Positions 49,847 to 60,191 of a stretch of DNA of 64,000 nucleotides are shown piece by piece; position 1 is the first letter of the stretch; each line of letters begins with the position of its first letter. Both the position numbers and the translations under genes were made by a program. The stretch is from Antedon mediterranea. Lineage: Eukaryota; Animalia; Echinodermata. Under the pieces are notes generated by a model. The model saw only the letters and a program-made list of their open reading frames with translations. It was not told the DNA's origin and made no database searches. The DNA is taken from the NCBI RefSeq assembly GCF_964355755.1, contig NC_092680.1, forward strand, positions 9,548,001 to 9,612,000, in the 5' to 3' direction.

Positions 49847-52345
49847 ATTTATTTATTTATTTTAATATATCCACAAATCACAAAAAAGAAACTGAATTGC
49901 TTTGGATTTACATAACAATCAAAATTGCACTGATCATTATACACATATAAAGACAAAAACAAATTTATCAATTAGATATCAACAATATATGATTGAAGAA
50001 TTATCTTTCAATAACTATTATAAAAATTACGGTACGGATATGCACTTATAAATATATATATATATATAAACTCATTAACAATTCATTAAAAACATTACAA
50101 TGGTATAAAAATTCACTAAAATACACAAGGGAGCCAACAGATGTTGTTAAATCTTTATATTATATTATTCATATTATTTTTATTTTAAATTCTGGTAAAA
50201 TATGGGATTGCACTATTATGATAACGGCTGATCATGGCTAATGGCTCAACATATTGTTTTTGATTTCGAAGAACCATATTGTTAGCTGTGTTATTTCTAT
50301 TAAACCACCATGAAAAGCGATCGTCTTTTGCGCACAGCTTTGTTCTACGTTCTGATAAGGTTAGGAGGTTAAGATTATTCAATGCGTGAGGATAATCTAT
50401 ATATTTATAGCCTAGAATGATTCGGAATACTCTCCTCTGTATTTTCTCAATAGCATTGCTCTGTTCGTTAGTTATACCTGAACGCCACACTTGTGCCGCA
50501 TATTCAAAATGGGTTTGGTGAGAATCATGCCAAAATACGAAAAAACAAATCCAAAATACGCAAATTGAGGGCGCAATGCTTTGCCAAAATACGCAAATCA
50601 TGCCAAAATACGCAAATTGAGGGCGGTATGCTTTGCCAAAATACACAAATCATGCCAAAATACGCAAATCTGCTTTGCCAAAATACACAAATCATGCCAA
50701 AATACGCAAATTGAGGGCGCTATGCTTTGCCAAAATACACAAATCATGCAAAAATGCGCAAATCTGCTTTGCCAAAATACACAAATCATGCCAAAAAACA
50801 CACAAATCTGCTTTACGAAAAATACGCAAATCATTCCAAAATACGCAAATTGAGGGCTCTATGCTTTGCAAGAAAACGCAAATCTGCTTCGCAAAAATAC
50901 GCAAATCATGCCAAATTACGCAAAATGAGGGCGCCATGCTTTGCCAAAATACACAAATCATGCCAAAATACGCAAATCTGCTTTGCCAAAAAAAGCAAAT
51001 CATGCCAAAATACGCAAATCTGCTTTTCCAAAATACACAAATCATGCCAAAATACGCAAATTGAGGGCGTTTTGCTTTGCCAAAATACACAAACCTTCCA
51101 AAAAACACAAATCTGCTTTACCAAAATACGCAAATCATGCCAAAATACGTAAACATAGCGCCCTAAATTTGCGTATTTTGGCATGATTTACGTATTTTTG
51201 CAAAGCAGATTTGCGTATTTTTGCAAAGCAGATTTGCGTATTTTTGCAAAGCAGATTTGCGTATTTTGGCAAAGCAGATTTGCGTATTTTGGCATGATTT
51301 GCGTATTTTGGCAAAGCATAGCGCCCTCAATTTGCGTATTTTGGCATGATTTGCGTATTTTGGCAAAGCATAGCGCCTTCATTTTGCGTATTTTGGCAAA
51401 ATTCTTGCGTATTTTGGCAAAATTCTTGCGTATTTTGGTAGGGTACTCACCAACCCTAATGCATATTCAAGCGTAGATCTAATGTAGCCAGTATATACCG
51501 CTACTGGATCTTCTACGGAGACACTGAATTTTTTTAGACGACATAACATGAAGTTTTCTACTGCTTTTTAAGATGATTTCACTAACAATTTAATTCTATT
51601 TAAGGTTGTTTTGGACCCAGACACCTAAGATATTTACTTCAGTGACACATTCCAGTTGGCGGTCGTCAATTACAATGGGGTCAATGACAGGAAGTACTTT
51701 TTAAACGAAAAGTACATCATTTTACATTTATCAACAATAAGATTGAGCTTAATTTCATTTGACCATATACAAAAATCATTAACTGTTTGTTGGATATTAG
51801 AAGAATTGTTTCTTTTAACCACTTCACCGATACATATATCATCAACGTATTTACATACTTTTAGAACAGTGCATCATTTATTATTACAAGTAAAATGATG
51901 GGACCTAGTCGGGTTCCTTGAGGAACACCACAGTTTAATTGAACACTATTAGACAAGACAGAGTTCACTTTTGTGTACGTTCTGAAACAAACTTATGATC
52001 CAATGTATTATTTCGGGTCTACATCCTAATTTAACTAGCTTCTTTACAGCAATAGTGTGGTCCACACTGTCAAAGACCTTGGAGAAGTCGGTCAAAACCA
52101 ACCTCCCTAAGGACTTAGGTGTATTACTACCAGAAAAAAATACATTCAATAAATCAATTAAATAATGGCTGGTAGAACAACCTTTTGGCTACCAAATTAT
52201 CGCTTATTAATATTCTTATGAATGTCCGAGATTAACCAGCGGGATACGATTCCCTCTGCTATTTTAGCAAGAGTGCAAGTTAGAGATATGGGGTGCAATT
52301 TATTTACATTCACAATACTTTTGTTCTTCTCCTTTGCGATTGGGG
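49847..52345 (-). mobile_element. CR1-group LINE 3' half with (TAAA)n tail
   Basis: LTDFSKVFDSVDH, CGVPQGTRLGP, KYVDD, EYAAQVW, IEKIQRRVFRII, NSAIPY. Confidence 0.88.
50516..51452. repeat. Foldback minisatellite element: GCCAAAATACGCAAAT-based units in opposite orientations, TGGTGAG/CTCACCA ends
   Basis: Array orientation flips at ~51150 with no spacer. Inserted in the CR1 ORF2. Confidence 0.88.
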
Positions 52346-52395
52346 CAACTGCATCGATGAAAATTGCATCGATGTGATGAATTGAATTGATTATT

Positions 52396-52720
52396 GAGTG
52401 AGTGAGTGAGTGAGTGGCCGAGCGGTTAAGACAGTGAAACCGTAATTACGTAGCCATAACATCGGCAGGGTTTCGAGGCTCACTCACTCCATGGTTCTGG
52501 TGGTAGAACGAGTCTTCTCGGATAAGGACTATAAACCGTAGGTCCAGTGTACACATCTAGCTCGTGTGCACTTTAAAGAACCTAGTACATCTTTCGAGAC
52601 GAGTAGGGGGTTACCCCGGTGTATTAGTACATTACAGCCACTGATCACCAACTGGGCCCTCTGGGAGACCAGTCTTTGACTGAAGAGGTTACCCAGTATA
52701 AATATAAATTTAAATTCAAT
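52396..52720 (+). mobile_element. tRNA-derived SINE with Deu/Nin-like central domain
   Basis: A box TGGCCGAGCGG and B-box-like GGTTTCGAGGC. Body GGATAAGGACTATAAACCGTAGGTCC..TTAAAGAACC..TTCGAGACGAGTAGGGGGTTACCCCGGTGT. Second copy at 59535-59844. Confidence 0.85.
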
Positions 52721-54400
52721 TATGAAAACTCCATTATTGATTTAAATTCAATCAATGATGAAAATTACTACTTGGCCTACTATTAAAGTAAATGATGATG
52801 TTAATAATAATGTTTCTGAATATTTTGATGTGATAAACATGTTTACCACTTGCGCGCGTTAAGGACAAGCGCACAGTGATCGCGCACTGATACAATGTTG
52901 AAATATGCATGATTAAGTGATTTATTGTCAAAACATTTTTGCAATGTATCCAATACGAAGGATTTTGATCCAACTTGGACTGGAAAACTGTATCGATACA
53001 GTTTTCATCGAAACAGTTTTCATCGACGCATTTTTTTCATCACATTGACGCAATTTTTATTACACCGACGCAATTTTCATCGACGCAATGTTCATCACAT
53101 CGACGCAATTTTCATTAAATCGATACTATATATTCATCGACGCAATTTTCATCACATCGACGCAATTTTTATTTCATTGCATCGACGCGATTTTCATTAC
53201 TTTCATTACATCGATGCAATTTTATCGTCGCCTAAACTTGCGTAAACGCCGTTCCATATGGGCAGACTAATTTCACCCCATATTTGAATACTGTACTGTA
53301 CTTCATGTAACTTGTATCTACTAATTTGCATATTTCGGGGTAGGCCTATATGATTTTAAGAATTACAAAGCGGTCCTATATTGGCTATTGAAAACCTGTC
53401 ATTTGAATCCAGAACAAAGTCTTTACAGGTAGTCGCACAATGTTAAACTTGTACTTGTATAATAACTGCAATCCAACTTCAACGGATTATAAAACTTATC
53501 AGGATTTCAATTCTGTCTACAGTAAAGTTTATTGTGTACAATATAATTAAAAGATTAAACATTGAAGTTAAGTTCCGTAAACCACTTATACATTTTTGGT
53601 ACTTTGTTAAATCAGAATTATTACAAACATGACTCTGGAACTGGATCAGATGTTTCTGACGGTTACTAAACAATTCCCTAAAAGTATGTTATCAGACCAA
53701 GAACTTAACCGAATAGGGAAATAGAGAATAAGAAACAAAATCTACCTCTAGTTTACATGCAATAATTGAAATAGTAAAGACTGTTATTTAAAGCTATCAA
53801 AAATATCAATACTTGGTAAATTTCAACAAGTAGATTAAAGAAAACGTTTTTTGGGTGAGAAATATTATGATATAACATACTAACTATACAGTAGATAATG
53901 ATTGGTGGACAAGGGATTTGTTTTTTAAAATCTAAATTTACCAAAATCAGAAACAGGTAAACTCGAGAAGTTGATAACAAGATAATTATTATTTTAATAA
54001 TAAAAATACAAAAATAAAAACAATATATAAAACTATTATCAATATATTTCAAAAGACATGATATTGATCATACTGATCAGTTTTAAAATGTTCACCCTAA
54101 CTTATTATCATAAAAATACTACTTATTTCAAATAAATAGGACGTTTAATACTAATCCGTCACTACTCAACTATTTTAAATTGCCTGAGAGTTATTACAAT
54201 ACGATCTAATTAGGCTTGGAGAATTTTATTATTTTTTATTTTAGAAGCATTTGTTACACAGCATGTTGTGAATTACGAAGGTCAGCATTACTTTTATCAG
54301 CTTCTAACATCCCTTATTACCAAATAATAGAGACAGTCGTGACCTGTATCATCCACTGAATACAATGTCTCATGGTCTGTTGCTTGCGAGTTATGTATAT

Positions 54401-54431
54401 TGACGTACGTTTGTTATAAAGGGGCTTATCT
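54401..54431 (+). promoter_or_regulatory. Candidate core promoter of the PKS-like gene
   Basis: TGACGT at 54401, TATAAA at 54415-54420 and a GATA site near 54426, lying 130 bp upstream of the polypyrimidine-CAG acceptor at 54549. Confidence 0.35.
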
Positions 54432-54646
54432 AAAAAAATCTACTATTGAGTAATGCTCAGAGGCTTTTCTACAAAAATGCTACTATTAAGTATTGGTTAT
54501 CTGCTGTTTTTACAATTGTATGTGTTTGTTTTTACTTTTTTCCTTTCAGTAATGGATTCAAAGGAACAACTAATGCATAGTATCATTATTTTGATAAAGG
54601 TCTGCCAGAAACCTTTATTTTAACGTTTGAAAGGAAGAGCTTAATC

Positions 54647-54872
54647 ATGAGTCTAACTAATGATCAGTCCTCACTATGGCCCGTAAATGTGGATCATCTT
54701 GACGACAATGACAAGATTGCCATTGTAGGCATTGGATGCAGATACGGCGACGATGTTGCAGGACCACGAGAAATGTGGAAGATTTTGATGGAGATGAACG
54801 GCTGTACAGCATCTCATTCTACTGAGCGATTTGACAAATCTAGTCTATTTTGCCATGGCAAAAAAGGAAAAG
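54647..54872 (+). CDS. First coding exon of a type I polyketide synthase/FAS-like megasynthase (ketosynthase N-terminus)
   Basis: DKIAIVGIGCRY..GPREMWKIL...C.....ERFD.....GK.G matches the KS start motif. Acceptor TTTTTCCTTTCAG at 54549 and phase-1 donor AG|GTAACT at 54873. No stop in the exon. Confidence 0.78.
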
Positions 54873-55510
54873 GTAACTGTAAGGCATATTATACAACAGA
54901 TTGTTGATAAATTAAATGACGAACCATCCGTTAATATTTAATATTCATTAACTTTGTATCACAACTAGACGCAAACTCTCGCGCGTAAAATTCATGATAA
55001 ATTGCACCTCTAGTTCGCCGGAAATGTCACTCTATAGTGCGCTAGCAAACAAAGGATTGTAGCCTATATTATTCGACCGGTAATAAAACATACGCGCGCG
55101 ACTAACAATATAGGATATCATTTTTTTTTGTTCAATGCGAACGTCACGGGGAAGTCCCCGATGAAGGTACTTTTGGTACGGTAATACATTCTAATAACTG
55201 TACTAAATTAAGGTAAATTTATTATCAATTAATAATTTTAAAAAGTTATACAAAAAATATGAAGCTGCTGCTATAAATATATTAAGCAAAAAGGATTATT
55301 ATTTTGAATTAAATGCTAAATAATGTCAAATGTTAAAACCACAATTTCCAAAATTCATTTTTATTTATCCACTATAGACTTTTAAAAAGTGTTGTTTAAA
55401 CCACACAAAGAAAATAAGGATAGGACATTTGCCGAAAGAACGTTGCTCTGCTACCGGTATAACACGGTTCAAATTTCGGAACTTCCATAAATTACTACGG
55501 AAATCCGGCC

Positions 55511-55790
55511 TAATAATAATAATAATAATAATAATAATTTATTTCGGAACCTCACTTTTGTAACAGTGGCACACTTCACATTTTAAAGGTGCGTCCAACA
55601 AAAAATATATAAAAAATAAATGAAATCACAAAATAGACAAAACAATAGGTAATCTATACTTAATCTACATACGGTAACATGTAATACAACCCATTCATTC
55701 CCCTCCCTCCCCTTCTTCCAAATAATATAACAAGTACAACATTTAATTTAAATACAGTACATGATTAGGCCTACTTTTAGGCCTATGTCC
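55511..55790 (-). mobile_element. 3' UTR and tail of a LINE related to the RTEX-like element at 15940-17434
   Basis: Minus strand GGACGCACCTTT..AAGTGTGCCAC..TTCCGAAATAAA(TTA)n matches 17365-17420. Confidence 0.65.
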
Positions 55791-56323
55791 ATAAGAGATG
55801 AGGCATATATTAAACGCCAATATAGATCTCTATTTATTAGAGGTAATGTTTTATGTAGGAAATTTTAATACTGCTCCAAATCAATCAAATGTTTTTTGTT
55901 CAGATCATATTGTATTAACATGTACTGTTCTCCTTTATGGTCTAGTCATTTAAAAAAAAAGATATCAACCGACTTAAAGTTTGTTATAATGATGCTTTCC
56001 GGAGGTTGTTTGGACAACCCAGATTTGTTAGTGCGAGGAATTTGTTTGTGGAAATCAATATTCCCATCATTTTATGAATATTTGAGGATTTCCACTTACC
56101 GATTTCTTACAAGTATAATGAAAAGCGAAAACAGAATGTTAATTTGTATATATAAATATTTGTTGATGGATTCAAACATGTACTACAAATGGAGAGAGGC
56201 ATTATATACCAATAGATAAAAGTTTTGGTCCTCTCTCCTTCATTTTTTAAATATTTTTTCTTTGTAATGTATTATACCATATGGACAACAATTGTCTGAA
56301 ATAAAAGTTGAATTGAATTGAAT
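55791..56323 (+). mobile_element. Non-LTR retrotransposon 3' fragment (clade uncertain) with (TTGAA)n tail
   Basis: IKRQYRSLFIRGNVLCRNF..LFRSYCINMYCSPLW, AATAAA and a microsatellite tail. Confidence 0.75.
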
Positions 56324-58384
56324 AACCATACACGCGTGTATATTTTCTTATTTCTTCTATCCACTTAGTTCCTAGCGTGTTTTTTCTACTGTTTCTTTAA
56401 CACGTTTTGCTAAAGTGTTCTTGAAATCCCTCATCTATTTTATGTAGGTTACCCTTTAGTTTATTTATGTACTTATTTTTTTTGACGCAATGCCCTCGGA
56501 ACCACCGGTATGTGGCGCTGTACAAGACTAAAACTTTTACAGGACCATGGATTAAGGAATAGAAGGATATGCAGTTTGAGATCAAATCTTCCATGAATCT
56601 AACCTACAGAGCGCGGACCGCCCACAATGTTACAAAATAAACACAGTATAATTAACCGTCGTTAACAACGAAACGGTCGCGTGCCTAATATATTGTTTAC
56701 TGCACATGCTCAACAACCTTTAACCTTGTTGACTATGCTTTCGCGCGCTCTTATCTTGGTCGCATGATTAATATTTTATATTTTTAGCGCTAGCTGCTAT
56801 GGCGACGAACACAATTTTATGCGATGGAATTACAAGATTAAATACAAATTTGTTGTAAATTGTGGTACCCTTTATGTTTAAAAAACATTAATTTTGCCAT
56901 GTTCAAAATCTGCCGCGATTGATCTAAGCTAATGTTTCTATGACCTCGAATTGGACGACCTAGAATTGGACGACCCATAACACGAAACCGACGACCCATA
57001 TAGCCTAGCCTAGGCCTAAGTGTGGTATAACCCCGGGTATAACATCCCGAAGCCGAACATAGCCAAAGATCTTTAAACCATACCTTATATAAATACTCGC
57101 AAGCAAGCAATTGATTGAAAAAATACAGAAATATCGCCATTTGATAATGAATGTGTCGACGCGAACAAACGAACAGATATGGAACGCCAAGAGTGCATCA
57201 TTAAAACTGCATTCGACTCGATTAGCACACGAAATATCATAAACATGGCAAACCAGGTCAAAACGGCCCCTTTTTCAGTGGCGGGTAAGGTTTGACCGTA
57301 TACAATACATGTGTGAAATGTAAAGCTTTCTTATGGCCCTCCCCATGCACATGTTCGCAACACGCTGCTTGGCTGGCCTATTAGTGTTCGTTATAAGAAG
57401 ACGAGATGTAATTATACGTCTATGGTTTAACCAATTTATTTCTTTTTAATTTATTTTTAATATGTTTGTCGAAATACCATCTTTGTTTACCACAATCATC
57501 TGCTTTTTGACCATGCCTTCTTCAATTTAATTAATCTTGTTTATCTCTTTATTTATCTCTTATTTGTAAACTGCTTTGATTTGGAAAAAATAAATTGATT
57601 GTGTAATTGGTTATAGAACATGATAAACATAACGCATTATGAACAATGCTCAATAGATTTATAAAACGGACGGATACTTTTTTCGTAATATAGGCTAACA
57701 TTAGTGACTGAAATTTTAATAACTCAATCTACGGGAAACTTTGCTGCAACTAGCGTTTACTATTTGAATCACCATAACATACTTTTGTTGATTCTGCATA
57801 GTTTCTACAGGTTGTTTTTTTTAATGTTCAGAGATTATGTTACCCAAAATCTTGAAAATCGGTCGGCGGTTTTTTTTTTTTTTTGGCATTTGAGGGACTT
57901 GTTTACTTTATAATTTTATTACATTCTTTGTTTTTTTTTAGCCTTTTTTGTTTTAAAAAGAGCCTTCTAAACTGTAATTTTATAAATTTTGGCTACGGAC
58001 AAACACATTTTAAAAATTGTGCCCTCTATTTAACATTATAAGTCAATGAATGTTAGGTCTAATGCATTCTCCCTAGTCACACGCGGACACTATTTTACCA
58101 AGTCTCCGGATCCGCTGCACTAGATTCGCCAACTGTTGACGTATAAAGCAAACCGTGTGTAGATTGTTCAGACACTATTGTATAAATAGTGTCCTCGTAG
58201 TCTTTAGTGGCTTCAAAAAAAATCCCGACGAACCGATCCAAATTTAAAAAACAGATATTCTGCTTGAGCAACATGACAATTTGTTTTAGGCCTAAAACAT
58301 AATTGCTGACATTTTATGAAAACAAATATAACACAATAACTTATTAATAACATCATTAACAACTGACATAAGTATTTCTCTTAT

Positions 58385-58655
58385 CTATATCCATCTGACC
58401 ATCCATCGTTTATACACAGGCCTATTTATACAACATATGTGTTCCTATATACTGCAAAATCCTGATCAATTGCGGGCAGAATAAAGAACAGAAAAGATAA
58501 TAACCAATATTCATCTGACCCATGGACGTCTAATTATACGTCCATAATCTGACCATTTATCTTTCATACAACATATATTTTCCTATATACTGCAAAATCC
58601 TGATCGATTACGGGCAGAATAAAGGGCAGAATAAAGAATTATAATAACCAATAAA
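58385..58655. repeat. Local tandem duplication (two units)
   Basis: TTCCTATATACTGCAAAATCCTGATC..CGGGCAGAATAAAG..TAATAACCAATA occurs twice. Confidence 0.8.
58521..58546. mobile_element. 26-bp palindromic micro-MITE
   Basis: CATGGACGTCTAATTATACGTCCATA flanked by exact 8-bp repeats ATCTGACC. The paralogous unit at 58393 has a single ATCTGACC. Confidence 0.75.
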
Positions 58656-59534
58656 ATAAAAACTAAACAATACTGGAAATAACAAAGAATATTATTTGAA
58701 ATTAACTCCTACTCTATGGAATAACCATACCTTTTTTGTCGTAATTGCCTTTAAATCGTTGCATGACGCTAATTAACATATTAATAATTATAATTTAATT
58801 AATTTCGTGTCAAAGATCAAAAGTAACACATATTTTCGATTACAGTAAATATAATGCACATGCTGAACAATTCTATTCTAATTACAATTCTCTACGACGA
58901 ATAGTTGCATAGCTAGGAGAACCCTATCTTAAAACCTAATTTGTATTGTTGGGGGTATGGCGGCCCTCATTTTTATCTTCTGTAAATTGGTCCACTCACC
59001 AAGTGCGAACATTTAAAAAGAAAAAACGATCATTTTAGGTTAATTTAAACATGGTAATTATATTATAATCAGGTCAAAGATCAAAAGTGATACTTCCGGT
59101 CATTTTTCGAGAAAAAATTCATTAGAGTAAATGATGGATTCTGAACAAATCCTCTCTGCTAGTTACATAGATCTGGCAACATAAAATGTAGTCATGTTGT
59201 TGGCCGCCATCTTGGGGCAAACATACAGATAGCCTTGATTTGATTTGATTATTTGGGTTAACGATGACCAATCCACTGAGCAAACCTTACCCGCCACTGA
59301 AAAAGGGGCCGTTTTGACCTGGTTTGCCATGTTTATGATATTTCATGTGCTAATCGAGTCGAATGCAGTTTTAATGATGCACTATTGGCGTTCCATATCT
59401 GTTCGTTTGTTCGTGTCGACACATTCAGTATCAAATGGCGATATTTCTGTATTTTTTTAATCAATTGCTTGCTTGCGAGTATTATATAAGGTATGGTTTA
59501 AAGATCTTTGGCTATGTTCGGCTTGGGATGTTAT

Positions 59535-59844
59535 TTTTGTTTTATCTTTATACTGGGTGACCTCTTCAGTCAAAGACTGATCTCCCAGAGGGCCCAGTTG
59601 GTGATCAGTGGCTGTGATGTACTAATACACCGGGTAACCCCCTACTCGTCTCGAAAGATGTACTAGGTTCTTTAAAGTGCACACGAGCAAGTTGTGTACA
59701 CTGGACCTACGGTTTATAGTCCTTATCCGAGAAGACTCGTTCTACCACCAGAACCATGGAGTGAGTGAGTCTCGAACCCCTGCCGATGTTATGGCTACAT
59801 GGTTACGGTTCCACTGTCTTAACCGCTCGGCCACTCACTCACTT
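59535..59844 (-). mobile_element. Second copy of the Deu/Nin-like tRNA SINE
   Basis: Reverse complement closely matches 52405-52700. B box GGTTCGAGAC. Confidence 0.88.
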
Positions 59845-60191
59845 CATTGTGGTTTGTTTGTCACCACACTTAGGCCTAGGCTAGGCTAGGCTATATGGGT
59901 CGTCGGTTTCGTGTTATGGGTCGTCCAATTCTAGGTCGTCCAATTCGAGGTCGCCCGGGTCATTGGGGTCGTCCAATTCGAGGTCGTCGCTTTTTACGCT
60001 AGAGAGAGTAGTAGTAGAGTCAGTGGACGTATCGCAACAGATACATAGCCAGCCAAACTCGGATCAGGGATCGCAGTTTTCATTCAATTAGGCCCGGTGA
60101 TTGGATGTGATGTGATGACATAACCACTAGCCAATCACCAGGCACTACGATTTAAATATAATCACATCGATAATTCATAGTTCATAGTTCA

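Larger units (their letters stand above)
49619..53255. mobile_element. Satellite-armed TIR element, copy B (both ends present), containing nested CR1, foldback satellite and SINE
   Basis: GGAACGCCGTTTACGCAAGTTT ... AAACTTGCGTAAACGCCGTTCC flanked by ATAT on both sides. Inverted 15-bp arrays. Central spacer 52746-52965 repeats 49321-49565. Confidence 0.85.
56942..59990. mobile_element. Long-TIR (about 355 bp) non-autonomous element, MULE-like; left terminus truncated
   Basis: 56942-57294 is the reverse complement of 59281-59951 minus the SINE. GGTCGTCCAATTC subterminal repeats. Confidence 0.85.

Noticed and set aside
50493-51476. Cluster of overlapping ORFs or a CRISPR-like repeat-spacer array
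   Set aside because: The linkers are three recurring sequences rather than unique spacers, there are no cas genes, and the context is eukaryotic.
52405-52490. tRNA gene
   Set aside because: A and B boxes are present, but they continue into a SINE body repeated at 59535-59844 and no clean cloverleaf is evident.
54873-54907. ORF-track C-terminus NCKAYYTTDC as part of the PKS protein
   Set aside because: It follows an AG|GTAACT donor and is most simply intron read-through.
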